NCBI RefSeq assembly: GCF_000737315.1
Contig: NZ_JMCB01000008.1
Span: forward strand, 144,001 to 268,000
Length of the DNA stretch: 124,000 bases
Reading direction: 5' to 3'
From: Hyalangium minutum
GTDB lineage: Bacteria; Myxococcota; Myxococcia; Myxococcales; Myxococcaceae
Shown here: positions 32,235 through 43,262 of the stretch, one piece after another
Numbering within the stretch: the first letter of the stretch is position 1
Layout of the letters: every line of letters starts with the position of its first letter
The notes under the pieces: generated by a model
Told to the model about the DNA's origin: nothing
What the model saw: only the letters and a program-made list of their open reading frames with translations
The model's database searches: none
Position numbers and translations under genes: made by a program

Positions 32235-33230
32235 ATGTTCCGCAAGACCCTGATGCTGTGCGCCTCGCTCGCGATTGTCGGTTGTGGCAACACCCAGGAG
32301 GACGAGTTCCGCGACGGCCTGCCCTCCAAGGAGATGGTGACCGTGAAGGAGCCGGGCACCAGCGCGGGCCAGAAGCTCGAGGCCGAGGGCGGCGCGGTGT
32401 TCGCGTTCGACAAGGGCCAGACGAGCGACTTCTACAAGCTGACCCGCGGCGCCACAGTGAGCGTGAACCTCGGCACCGCGTTCGTACTCAACCTCATCGA
32501 GGAGGTGACGAAGCACACGCCCACCAGCATCGAGGGCGACGTCGCGGTGTGGGGCCCGTACACGGACGCGCTGAGCCCCAACACCTTCAAGGTCACCGTC
32601 ACCAAGACGGCCGAGAACGCCTACAGCTACAAGGTCGAGGGCAAGGCGAAGACGGCGGCGGACACGGAGTTCAAGACGATCATCTCCGGCTCGCACACCA
32701 TTGCCACGGACGAGCTGGGCAACCGCCTGCGCAACTACGGCTCCGGCAACATCCAGCTGGACTGGGACGCGGCGCAGACGCTCCCCGAGCACGGCGATGA
32801 GCTGGGTACCGCCGCCATCCGCTACTCGAGGCCGGACGCCAAGGCACAGGCCACGGTGGAGGCCGACTTCCGCAACGTCGAGGATGACGAGCGGCCCGGC
32901 ACCCGCGTGAACGCCGACTACCGCTACAAGGAGACGCCGGGCGCTGGTGGCGAGTTCGAGTTCGGCCTGGACAAGAACTTCGACACGGAGCCGGCCCGCT
33001 CGAAGATCGAGCACCTGACCATCAAGAGCCGCTGGGCTCAGACGGGCGCCGGCCGGGCGGACGTGAAGATCTCCGGCGGCGACTACCTGATCGCCTCGGC
33101 CACGGCCAGCGAGTGCTGGGACGCCAACTTCGCCAGCCAGTTCCTGATTGCGAGCTGGGTGACCGCGCCCGTGTACGGGGACGTGTCCGCCTGCGGCAGC
33201 TTCTCGGTGGCGCTCTACTCTTCTCTGTAA
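32235..33230 (+). CDS. Lipoprotein, paralogue of 36188-37144
   Basis: Lipobox IVGC; SRW...GD...ECWD C-terminus. Confidence 0.85.
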   Translation: MFRKTLMLCASLAIVGCGNTQEDEFRDGLPSKEMVTVKEPGTSAGQKLEAEGGAVFAFDKGQTSDFYKLTRGATVSVNLGTAFVLNLIEEVTKHTPTSIEGDVAVWGPYTDALSPNTFKVTVTKTAENAYSYKVEGKAKTAADTEFKTIISGSHTIATDELGNRLRNYGSGNIQLDWDAAQTLPEHGDELGTAAIRYSRPDAKAQATVEADFRNVEDDERPGTRVNADYRYKETPGAGGEFEFGLDKNFDTEPARSKIEHLTIKSRWAQTGAGRADVKISGGDYLIASATASECWDANFASQFLIASWVTAPVYGDVSACGSFSVALYSSL

Positions 33231-33254
33231 TCCGCGCATTAGACTGCGCGCGCC

Positions 33255-33794
33255 ATGGGAACGAGCCAGCCGGTCCTGAGAGTCATCCAGGGTGGTCCTA
33301 CCGAGGACCGGCGGGCGTTTCTCCAAGAGCTGTACACGAAGTATGGCGGCAGCGTCCTCGGGCGCTGCCGCTACCTGTTGAAGGACGCATCGAAGGCCGA
33401 GGACGCGATGCACGACGTGTTCGCCCGCGCCCTCACTCACTCGGACGGGTTCCGCTCCGAGGCCTCGCCGCTGACATGGTTGATGAAGATCGCCACGAAC
33501 CACTGCCTGAACCAGATCCGATCGGAGCGTGCGGGCTGGCGCAGCTGGTTCCAGCGGGAAGAGGCGGCGAAGCCAGAGGGGCACGGGGGCCCCCAGAGCA
33601 TGGAGACGCGGGACCTGGTGCGGAGGTTGCTGTCGCGGGTGGATGTGGAGACGCAGGCAGCGGTCATCCACTACCACGTGGACGGGATGACGCTGGAGGA
33701 AGTGGCCGCGGCGTTGGGGCGCTCAGTGCCCACGGTGCGCAAGCGGCTGGAGAGTTTCGCCGAGCTGGGCGGAGAAGAGTTGAGGGTCCGATGA
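33255..33794 (+). CDS. ECF sigma factor (module 1)
   Basis: AEDAMHDVF (DxxQ-like), WLMKIATNHCLN, region 4 HTH. Confidence 0.92.
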   Translation: MGTSQPVLRVIQGGPTEDRRAFLQELYTKYGGSVLGRCRYLLKDASKAEDAMHDVFARALTHSDGFRSEASPLTWLMKIATNHCLNQIRSERAGWRSWFQREEAAKPEGHGGPQSMETRDLVRRLLSRVDVETQAAVIHYHVDGMTLEEVAAALGRSVPTVRKRLESFAELGGEELRVR

Positions 33795-34576
33795 GCGCGC
33801 ACCTTTCAGAGCACCCCTCCGAGTGGACGCTGCGCCGCCTGCACGCTGGCGAGCTGCCAACCCCAGAGGCAACCCGGGCCCGAACCCACGCCGCCGAGTG
33901 CGAGCAGTGCGGCGCCGTGCTCCGCGCGGCCGAGGAGGCCCAGCGCCAGTTCGAAGCCGCCACCCCCTTCGAGCGCTTCGAGGAGGGAGTGAAGCGGGCG
34001 GAGGAGAAGTCCCGGAAGGAGGAGTTGGCCCGCCGGGGCTCGGCTCAGCGGTGGATGGGGCCGGTGGTGGCCCTGGCAGCCACGGTGCTGCTGGTGGTGG
34101 CGGTGCGGCCCCTGCTGGCGACGAGCACGGGGTCCGGGGTGCGGACGAAGGGCGGCGCGGTGGCGGAGCTGCGCATCGGTGGCGGCGAGGGCACGCAGCG
34201 GATGGCTCGGACGAACACTCCCGAGCCGCTGGCCCCGGGCGAGCGCGTGCGGATTGGCTACACGCCAGACACGCGCCGGTACGTGCTGGCGCTGTCGATT
34301 GACTCGGCCGGTGAGGTGACGCCGCTCTACCCCGAGACGGGCGAGAGCCTGCCAGTGAAGCCGGGAGCGGGCACGCACTGGCTGCCGGACAGCATCGAGT
34401 TCACCGGCTCGGGCGCCGAGCGCGTGGTGGTGCTGCTAAGCGACGCTCCGGTGAAGGTGGAAGATGCCACCGCGGCGGCGCGCGAGGCCTTCGAGGCGGT
34501 GGGGAGGGACGTGGCGAAGCTGCCTCCACTGAGCGTGGACGGCGACCAGACGCACTGGATGCTGCTCAAGCCATGA
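33791..34576 (+). CDS. Anti-sigma factor: zf-HC2, TM helix, DUF4384-like domain
   Basis: HAAECEQC; TM VVALAATVLLVVAV; ATGA overlap with sigma gene. Confidence 0.8.
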   Translation: MSAHLSEHPSEWTLRRLHAGELPTPEATRARTHAAECEQCGAVLRAAEEAQRQFEAATPFERFEEGVKRAEEKSRKEELARRGSAQRWMGPVVALAATVLLVVAVRPLLATSTGSGVRTKGGAVAELRIGGGEGTQRMARTNTPEPLAPGERVRIGYTPDTRRYVLALSIDSAGEVTPLYPETGESLPVKPGAGTHWLPDSIEFTGSGAERVVVLLSDAPVKVEDATAAAREAFEAVGRDVAKLPPLSVDGDQTHWMLLKP

Positions 34577-36177
34577 GGTGCTCGAGGCGACAGCTGGGCG
34601 CCCTTACCCTGGGGTTGCTGCTGGCCACCGCCGCGCAGGCGGAGCCGCTGCGCCGCTTTGCCCTCATCATCGGCAATGACGAGGGCGGCTCGGACACCCG
34701 GCCCCTGAGCTACGCCCGAGAGGACGCGCGCAAGATGCACGGGCTCCTGTCGCGGCTGGGCGGAGTCTCCCCCTCGGACTCGCGGCTGCTGTTGAACGAC
34801 GACGCCCAGGACGTGCTCTCCGCGCTGGCGAACCTGGAGGCCCGCATCCAGGCAGCCCGGACCCGGGGCGAGCGCACCGCGCTGCTCGTCTACTACTCGG
34901 GCCACGCGAAGGACGGCGCGCTGCGGCTGGGAGACACACGGCTGCCCTTCGACACGTTCAAGAAGCGGCTGGCGGACGCTCCGGCGGACATCCGCATCGC
35001 CATCCTGGACTCGTGCCGCTCGGGCGCACTGACGCGGACCAAGGGTGCCCGGCGCGCGCCCGCCTTCGAGATCGACTCCGGGGCTACGCGGGACGCACGG
35101 GGCCTGGTGATCCTCACCTCCAGCTCAGCGGACGAGGACTCGCAGGAGTCAGATGTGATCGGCGGCAGCTACTTCTCCCACCACCTGACGAGCGGGCTCC
35201 TGGGAGATGCGGATCGCTCTGGCGACGGGCAGGTGACGCTCTTCGAGGCGTACTCGCACGCGTACGATCGGACGGTGGCGGACACGGCGGGCAGCAGCGC
35301 GGGGCCGCAGCACCCCACGTTCAGCTACGACCTCGCGGGCAACGGGGACCTGGTGCTCACGAACCTGCGCACCTCCGAGGGGCTGGTGGTGCCTCGCTCG
35401 GCGCCAGGAGGGGCCTATTACTTCGTGAATCCGAGCGGACTGGTGGTGGCGGAGCTGGAGAAGGCGCCAGAGACAGAGCGGCGGGTGGCGCTCGCGCCGG
35501 GCACGTACCGGGTGAAGCGCCGCCTGGAGGATCGGCTGCGCATCGGCGAGGTGGAGGTCCGTCGCGGACAGGAGACCGTGCTGGAGGAGTTCCGGTTTCG
35601 CGATGCGCCCTTCTCGGACGATCCGGTGAAGGGAGGCCGCGGACGGGGCTCCTTCTGGACCGTGGGGCTGACGGGCGGCTACCACTCCTTCTTCGATCGG
35701 GACATCCGCGAGTCCCTGTTCCTCTCCGTGCCCCTGGTGGGCGGCGAGGTGAACCTCCACAACTACTTCCGCGAGGACTGGGTGTGGGGCTTCGACGTGG
35801 CGCTGGGAGGCCGCGCCGCGAAGCTGAGCCTGGAGAACCTGTCGGGCGCGAGCTACCGCTACTCGGTGCTCAACCTGGGCACCTCCCTGACCGCCGAGTG
35901 GCACGTGGGAGACCTGGCTCCCTTCGCGGGCGCGCGGCTCGCGTACCTTTATATGGGCCGCAAGTTCGACGGCGGGGTGTTCCCGGATCAGTTCTACGCG
36001 ACGTTCTCTCCCGGACTGGTGGCGGGCCTGCGCTATCGGCTGCTGCGCAGTCTGCACCTCACCGGGCGCGGCCGGCTGCACTACCTCACCTATAACGTCC
36101 ACGAAGAAGGCACCGAGAACAGCAACAGCTCCCTGGGCTACTGGGAGCTGTCGGCCCTGGTGACCTATGAGCTCTAA
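34573..36177 (+). CDS. Exported caspase-like peptidase (C14) with probable C-terminal beta-barrel
   Basis: Signal peptide; FALIIGND; YYSGHA (His) and ILDSCRSG (Cys); amphipathic strands ending TYEL. Confidence 0.85.
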   Translation: MRCSRRQLGALTLGLLLATAAQAEPLRRFALIIGNDEGGSDTRPLSYAREDARKMHGLLSRLGGVSPSDSRLLLNDDAQDVLSALANLEARIQAARTRGERTALLVYYSGHAKDGALRLGDTRLPFDTFKKRLADAPADIRIAILDSCRSGALTRTKGARRAPAFEIDSGATRDARGLVILTSSSADEDSQESDVIGGSYFSHHLTSGLLGDADRSGDGQVTLFEAYSHAYDRTVADTAGSSAGPQHPTFSYDLAGNGDLVLTNLRTSEGLVVPRSAPGGAYYFVNPSGLVVAELEKAPETERRVALAPGTYRVKRRLEDRLRIGEVEVRRGQETVLEEFRFRDAPFSDDPVKGGRGRGSFWTVGLTGGYHSFFDRDIRESLFLSVPLVGGEVNLHNYFREDWVWGFDVALGGRAAKLSLENLSGASYRYSVLNLGTSLTAEWHVGDLAPFAGARLAYLYMGRKFDGGVFPDQFYATFSPGLVAGLRYRLLRSLHLTGRGRLHYLTYNVHEEGTENSNSSLGYWELSALVTYEL

Positions 36178-36187
36178 GGAGCGCGCG

Positions 36188-37144
36188 ATGCGAAACCTCT
36201 GGCCCGCACTCCTCTGTCTCCTGGCCGCGTGCGGCGGCAACTTCTCCAACGAGGACCTCGAGTATCTCAACGCCCTGCCCTCGCGCGAAGCGCTCGCCAG
36301 CAAGCTGCCCGAGAGCAGCGCGAGCACGATCGGCGGAGGCCTGGCGCAGCGCCGGGATCAGCTCGCGCTGGGAGACGTCTCCCAGCTCTACGTGGACACA
36401 CGGAAGGCCTCCACGGACTTCAACGCCTCGGTGGATGGGCTGCTGAGCCTGCTGGAGAACATCCGCACCGTGCCACCCACCACGCGCGAGCCAGACCGGC
36501 GTACCTGGGGCCCGTGGAGGGACGACGCCCATCCAGGCAACGACGTGCGCTTCGTGATGGATCGCGCGGGAGATTTCTTCGAGTACCACCTCGACTACAA
36601 GCCCTCATCGGCCTCCGCTGAGGACGCCTGGTGGACCTTCCTGGAGGGCTCTTTCAAGGCGGACGCGGGCATCCGCGTGGGCGAGGGCAAGTTGCACCTG
36701 CTCATCGATGTCGCGCTGGCCCATGGCCTCAACGTGGGCGAGCTGCGGACCCTCAAGCGGCTGGACATCGACTACCAGAACAAAGCGCTCCCCACGCTCG
36801 TGGAGATGAGCTTCACCTCGCAGCCTGTGCCGCCCCTGAGCTCCCAGCAGGTTCGCTACACCTACCGCGAGCTGACCGGTGGCCTGGGGGAGATGCGCTT
36901 CCTGCTGAAGGAAACGGACGCCGTGCCGGGCAATCTGCTCGAGGACGTGGAGATCACCAGTCGTTGGACGTCAAACAGTGGCGGTGTGGCCACCTTCGTC
37001 ATCCTTCGCGGGGACCTCATGGGCGCCAGCTACAAAGAATGCTGGGACGCCCAGAACCACATCACCTTCGCCAAGAGGAGCTGGGAGTTCTTCGGGATTG
37101 GCAAAGCCAGCGATTGTCCGAACCTTTCAGCCTTTGACAATTGA
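36188..37144 (+). CDS. Lipoprotein, paralogue of 32235-33230
   Basis: Lipobox LAAC; shared LPSRE, WGP and SRW...ECWD motifs. Confidence 0.85.
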   Translation: MRNLWPALLCLLAACGGNFSNEDLEYLNALPSREALASKLPESSASTIGGGLAQRRDQLALGDVSQLYVDTRKASTDFNASVDGLLSLLENIRTVPPTTREPDRRTWGPWRDDAHPGNDVRFVMDRAGDFFEYHLDYKPSSASAEDAWWTFLEGSFKADAGIRVGEGKLHLLIDVALAHGLNVGELRTLKRLDIDYQNKALPTLVEMSFTSQPVPPLSSQQVRYTYRELTGGLGEMRFLLKETDAVPGNLLEDVEITSRWTSNSGGVATFVILRGDLMGASYKECWDAQNHITFAKRSWEFFGIGKASDCPNLSAFDN

Positions 37145-37289
37145 GTGGAAATTGACGCGGAGCGGCACTGTTGTCTGAGAAAAGGTTGGCTGTTGTCAGA
37201 GGCGCTTGTTAGGCAGGCAGCCCCCGCGCTCCATGCCCTTGCCTATGGCACCCCTAGTTGGCGCTGGGACAACCTCTGGAGGTTACACA

Positions 37290-37739
37290 ATGAAGGCGAA
37301 TCGTCTTTTCATCGCGTGTGTGGCGGCCCTCTCTCTCGTGGCGTGCGGTGGCGGCACCGAGCTGACCGCAGTGCTGTCGGGCGCGGCGGAGAAGCCCAGC
37401 GCGGTGACCACCACCGGCAGCGGCAGCACGGACGTCACGGTGGACGGCAAGAAGATCGAGGTGACTGGCAGCTTCAAGGACCTCAGCGGCAACGCCACGG
37501 CGGCCCACATCCACGGCCCGGCCGATGCGAGCAGCACCGCGGGCGTCTTCTGCAACCTGACCGTGCCGGCCGCCGCCAGCGGCTCCATCACCACGGACAA
37601 GAACGCCGGTTCTTGCGGGGCCATTGAGCTGACCGAAGCCCAGGTGGCCGACTTCGAGGCCGGCAAGTACTACATCAACATCCACACCGCCGCGAACGCG
37701 AACGGCGAGATCCGCGGCCAGCTGATCAAGAAGGAGTAG
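37290..37739 (+). CDS. CHRD-domain lipoprotein
   Basis: LVAC lipobox; AAHIHG; YINIHTAANANGEIRGQL. Confidence 0.92.
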   Translation: MKANRLFIACVAALSLVACGGGTELTAVLSGAAEKPSAVTTTGSGSTDVTVDGKKIEVTGSFKDLSGNATAAHIHGPADASSTAGVFCNLTVPAAASGSITTDKNAGSCGAIELTEAQVADFEAGKYYINIHTAANANGEIRGQLIKKE

Positions 37740-37879
37740 CGGAAGGGGGCCTCCTGGCCCCTCTGGGGCAGGCCGGGCTGCCGCTTGCTCGCCTGCCCCA
37801 CCCCGTTGTCCTTCCTTGACTCGGCCTTGCCTGCTCTTTAGGTTCCGGTCCTTCCTCAAGAGAAGCCTGAAGGATCGCC

Positions 37880-38170
37880 ATGGCCCGTATCACCGTCGAA
37901 GACTGCCTCCCCCTCGTCGACAACCGCTTCGCCCTGGTGCTGCTCGGCGCCAAGCGCGCCCGCCAGCTCATGGCCGGCGCCCGCCCCATCATCGAGATCT
38001 CCAAGAACAAGCCCCCCGTGCTCTCCCTCCGGGAGGTGGCCACTGGCCGCGTGAAGTTCGACCGCGACGTGCGCGAGGCGCTGTCCGGCAAGTACTCCGC
38101 GGACGAGGCCAAGGCCGCTGCCGCTCCGGCCGCTCCTCCGGCCGCGCCGACGCTGCCCCCCTCTGTCTGA
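37880..38170 (+). CDS. rpoZ: RNA polymerase omega subunit
   Basis: [10 protein letters not shown]...[16 protein letters not shown]. Confidence 0.95.
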   Translation: MARITVEDCLPLVDNRFALVLLGAKRARQLMAGARPIIEISKNKPPVLSLREVATGRVKFDRDVREALSGKYSADEAKAAAAPAAPPAAPTLPPSV

Positions 38171-38197
38171 GCCCGGCTCCCTCTGGGAGCCCTTGAC

Positions 38198-38644
38198 TCA
38201 CTTGGGGGGAATCGAGTCTCCCGCGCGCAGCAGCTTCACCGCGCGCGCGGCGATGGACTTCTCCCCCTTGTAGCCCAGCATCGGGACGAGCTGTACCAGC
38301 GGTACCCACCGCGCCTCGTCCACCTCCACACGCGGCCCCGGCGGCAGCACTCCCAGCTCCCCGGACAGGTAGCGGAAGAGGAAGAAGTGGACGCGCTTGA
38401 AGATGCGCTGTCCGCGGAACTGGTAGACGTAGCGGATCTCCCCCAGTGACGAGAGGAGACTGGCCGTGAGGCCCGTCTCCTCGCGCACCTCGCGGGTGGC
38501 GGTCTGCTCGGGCGTCTCGCCGGGATCCACGTGTCCCTTGGGCAGCGCCCACAGGGAGCGGCCGTGGGGGCGGATCACCGCCACCTCCCAGCTCCCCGCA
38601 TTCTCGCGGATGACTATTCCTCCGGCGGACGCCTCGCGCGGCAT
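38198..38644 (-). CDS. NUDIX hydrolase
   Basis: Nudix box GHVDPGETPEQTATREVREETG. Confidence 0.95.
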   Translation of the reverse strand: MPREASAGGIVIRENAGSWEVAVIRPHGRSLWALPKGHVDPGETPEQTATREVREETGLTASLLSSLGEIRYVYQFRGQRIFKRVHFFLFRYLSGELGVLPPGPRVEVDEARWVPLVQLVPMLGYKGEKSIAARAVKLLRAGDSIPPK

Positions 38645-38682
38645 ACGGGGAGCACCCTACCCCGAAGTGAACCGCCCGTGGC

Positions 38683-39330
38683 CTACATCCCGCTGGAGAA
38701 GTGCCGCAGCTTCGCCTCCGCACCGAGCCGGTAGGCGTACCGAAGGTCGGACAGCAGCCTATCCAGCCGCCGTCCGGCCACATGCCCCATCAGCCGGGTG
38801 CAGAACGAGCGGGACAGCCGGTTGGCCTCCTCGTACCGCCAGCGCTCCTGGGTGGACAGCCGGGGCCGGTAGGAGACGCGCTCGAACAGGCGCCGCCGCA
38901 GCTCCTCGGACCAGGCCTTCACACCCTCGCCCCAGCGGTGCAGCAGGCAGACGGCGAACTTGTCCACCTCGGCCTGGGCCTCCAGTTCCAGCAGCGACAG
39001 AGCCCGCCCGTGGGCTGCCGTATGCGCCACATAGAGGAAGTGAGAGACACCCTCGGCCAGCTGGCAGTACCCATCGAGATCGCCATCGAGGATGTGGCCC
39101 ACGGGGCCCGCCTCGTAGGGCTTGAGCCGATCCAGCAGCGAGGGCGCCAGGTAGAGGGCCAGCTCCAGTTCCTCCTCCCCAGCCCCTCCGGCGACCAGCA
39201 GCTCCTCCTCCGCGCGCCCGGTGGATCCCAGCTGCACGGCGGCCTCCCGGTCCACCACGAAGGTCTCTGCCCGCGCCTCGCAGGTGATGCCGTAGATGGC
39301 CTCCAGGTGCTCCTGGATCCGACCGATCAT
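38683..39330 (-). CDS. Conserved hypothetical protein
   Basis: 215 aa; AEGVSHF...ELEAQAEVDKF; co-oriented with 39343-39948. Confidence 0.75.
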   Translation of the reverse strand: MIGRIQEHLEAIYGITCEARAETFVVDREAAVQLGSTGRAEEELLVAGGAGEEELELALYLAPSLLDRLKPYEAGPVGHILDGDLDGYCQLAEGVSHFLYVAHTAAHGRALSLLELEAQAEVDKFAVCLLHRWGEGVKAWSEELRRRLFERVSYRPRLSTQERWRYEEANRLSRSFCTRLMGHVAGRRLDRLLSDLRYAYRLGAEAKLRHFSSGM

Positions 39331-39342
39331 GCGTGCTCCCGG

Positions 39343-39948
39343 CTAGTTGGGCAGATTCCCTTTGGGCGTCAGCATCCCCGCGTCCACCAGCACCCGCTCC
39401 AGCTTGTTGCTGCCGGTGCGCACCCACGTCTCGTACACCTTCAGAGTGCCCGTGGGCCCGCCCTGCACCATGCCGCGCGCGGAGATCTCCTCCAGCACGT
39501 CCACCAGGGCCCGGAACTTGGAGCACAGCTCGCGGTACACGTCCGCGAACCCCGCGCCGGGAGACAGATCGGCCACCTGCCCGTATGCCGTCCCGCCCAT
39601 CTGGATGTAGTAGTCCGGCCCCACCACGCTGCTCTGCAGGGCGCCCGCGAAGAACCCGGCCTTGTAGAGCGAGACGTCCCCCAGACGCCTCAGCGTCCGG
39701 ATGCGCTCTTCGCGATCTTGCTGCAGCGCCCGGTGGTACATCACCGCCAGCGGCTCGTGGTCCTTGCGCCCCTCCTGCTCCTGGCTGAACAGCTTGTCAC
39801 TGGCCGCAAACTCGGAGAGCAGGTTGACGAGGTAGAACTCCGTCATCTCCGCGATGACTACGCGCTGACGGCGAATGACTTCGCCCAGTATCGACTTGAA
39901 GAACTCCTTCAAAGAAGAACCAGTCACCAGTTCACTCATCGACATCAC
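39343..39948 (-). CDS. Conserved hypothetical protein divergent from groES
   Basis: YLVNLL; LRRLGDVSLYKAGFF; DYYIQMGGTAY. Confidence 0.8.
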   Translation of the reverse strand: MMSMSELVTGSSLKEFFKSILGEVIRRQRVVIAEMTEFYLVNLLSEFAASDKLFSQEQEGRKDHEPLAVMYHRALQQDREERIRTLRRLGDVSLYKAGFFAGALQSSVVGPDYYIQMGGTAYGQVADLSPGAGFADVYRELCSKFRALVDVLEEISARGMVQGGPTGTLKVYETWVRTGSNKLERVLVDAGMLTPKGNLPN

Positions 39949-40039
39949 CTCCGTCTCCCAGTGACGGGAGCTACCCCAAAAGGGTAGCAGCGGACGTTTT
40001 TGCCCGCAAAAGAGACCCCAGTCTTTTCAGACACTTACG

Positions 40040-40066
40040 CTGGCACTCTCCCTGGGAGAGTGCCAA
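40040..40066 (-). promoter_or_regulatory. Degenerate CIRCE (HrcA operator) upstream of the divergent genes
   Basis: Minus strand reads TTGGCACTC-N9-GAGTGCCAG. Confidence 0.7.
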
Positions 40067-40178
40067 TTCCCGCAGGTGTGACCGGCGCGCGGCCGAGGCG
40101 GCTCCGAGCGGTGGCCTGCTGAAAAAAGGCAGTCAGGACGGCTGGTTAACGAAGCACAAGGACTCGCGTCGGGGTCGC

Positions 40179-40206
40179 TTGACGAGGTGACTTCCCTGGT
40201 TATTAT
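40179..40206 (+). promoter_or_regulatory. Sigma70-type promoter of groESL
   Basis: TTGACG-N16-TATTAT just upstream of CIRCE. Confidence 0.6.
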
Positions 40207-40222
40207 CCGGCGCGCTTGAGCC

Positions 40223-40249
40223 TTAGCACTCGGCAGTAGCGAGTGCTAA
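40223..40249 (+). promoter_or_regulatory. CIRCE element (HrcA operator)
   Basis: Perfect TTAGCACTC-N9-GAGTGCTAA. Confidence 0.97.
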
Positions 40250-40328
40250 AGCCCCCGGGCCCTCAGGCCCCTATCACCCCAGGCGCACGGCCCTCCCGGG
40301 CGCCTACTCGCTAGCAAGGAGACTGACC

Positions 40329-40619
40329 ATGAAGATTCGCCCCCTGCAGGACCGCCTCATCATCAAGCGCGTGGCTGAGGAGAACAAGACCAAGGGAGGT
40401 CTGTTCATCCCCGATACGGCCAAGGAGAAGCCGCTCGAGGGTAAGGTAGTTGCTGTCGGCAACGGCAAGGTGCTCGAGGACGGCAAGATCCGCCCGATGG
40501 ACATCAAGGCCGGCGACACCATCCTCTTCAGCAAGTACGCGGGCACCGAGATCAAGATCGACGGTGAGGATCACCTCATCCTCCGTGAGGAGGACGTGCT
40601 GGGTGTGATCGAGAAGTAA
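40329..40619 (+). CDS. groES: Co-chaperonin GroES
   Basis: MKIRPLQDR; [16 protein letters not shown]. Confidence 0.98.
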   Translation: MKIRPLQDRLIIKRVAEENKTKGGLFIPDTAKEKPLEGKVVAVGNGKVLEDGKIRPMDIKAGDTILFSKYAGTEIKIDGEDHLILREEDVLGVIEK

Positions 40620-42308
<1,689 letters not shown>

Positions 42309-42345
42309 TCGCCCCCTCGCCTGGCGCCTCGCGCGCCTGGTGGGC

Positions 42346-42390
42346 ACGGCCTCCGGTTCCTTCGTGGAGCCGGGGGCCGTCTGCTTTTTC
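42346..42390 (+). terminator. Rho-independent terminator after groEL
   Basis: acggcctccggttcc / ggagccgggggccgt stem followed by a T-rich tail. Confidence 0.65.
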
Positions 42391-42454
42391 GGGGAAGGTG
42401 GCGCGCCGCTGCCCTGCCTCTTAGCTTTGCTGGAAGACGAACAGGAGGACTGCC

Positions 42455-42712
42455 GTGAAGCCGGTGAAGATCTACACCACCAACTACTGTGGCTACTGCG
42501 TCCGGGCGAAGGACCTGCTCAAGCGCAAGGGCGTGAATTACGAGGAAGTGGACGTCACCGGCAACGACGACATGCGCACCCAGCTCGTGGAGATGAGCGG
42601 CGGCCAGCGCACGGTGCCGCAGATCTTCATCGGCGACACCCACGTGGGCGGCTACTCCGACTTGGCAGAGTTGGACCGCAACGGCCGCCTGGACCCGATG
42701 CTCCAAGGCTGA
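42455..42712 (+). CDS. grxC: Glutaredoxin 3
   Basis: CGYC active site; TVPQIFI; GGYSD. Confidence 0.9.
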   Translation: MKPVKIYTTNYCGYCVRAKDLLKRKGVNYEEVDVTGNDDMRTQLVEMSGGQRTVPQIFIGDTHVGGYSDLAELDRNGRLDPMLQG

Positions 42713-42801
42713 GCAAGCAGACAGGCAGTCAACCCCCTCGGCACGTCTCCGGGCGTGAATAGCTTCCTGGGAAGGACAAAAACCTACCCAGGAGGAAGCA
42801 C

Positions 42802-43197
42802 ATGGCCGGTGAAGAGCGACAGACGGGGACCCGTGACGAGCACTACAACCTGATCAGCGCGCTGTACCACCTGCTCAAGGGTGCCTCGACGGCGGAGCAG
42901 TACATCCAAGACGCCCAGGAGGCAGGCGATCAGGAACTCGTGCAGTTCTTCAAGGATTGGCAGGACGAGCAGCGCAACTTCTCCGAGCGCGCCAAGAACC
43001 TGCTCAGCGGCCGGATGACCCATGCCCGCGCCGGCGTCGGAGCCGGCAAGAAGGCCGCCGGTGCCAAGCGCGAGACGCGCGAGATGAGGGACGTCACCAA
43101 CGCCAACGTGAGGTCCGGCGGCAACGCGAAGGACGACATCGTGGACGAGCAGTCCAAGGAGTCCTTCCCCGCCAGTGACTCGCCCGCGAAGTACTAG
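42802..43197 (+). CDS. Small hypothetical protein: ferritin-like helices plus ESFPASD motif
   Basis: HYNLISALYHLL...YIQDA; DEQSKESFPASDSP. Confidence 0.7.
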   Translation: MAGEERQTGTRDEHYNLISALYHLLKGASTAEQYIQDAQEAGDQELVQFFKDWQDEQRNFSERAKNLLSGRMTHARAGVGAGKKAAGAKRETREMRDVTNANVRSGGNAKDDIVDEQSKESFPASDSPAKY

Positions 43198-43262
43198 CCC
43201 GAGGGCTCGGCCCGCGGAGTCCTGCTGGATTCCGCGAGGCCGATGGTCTTGACTCACCGGCC

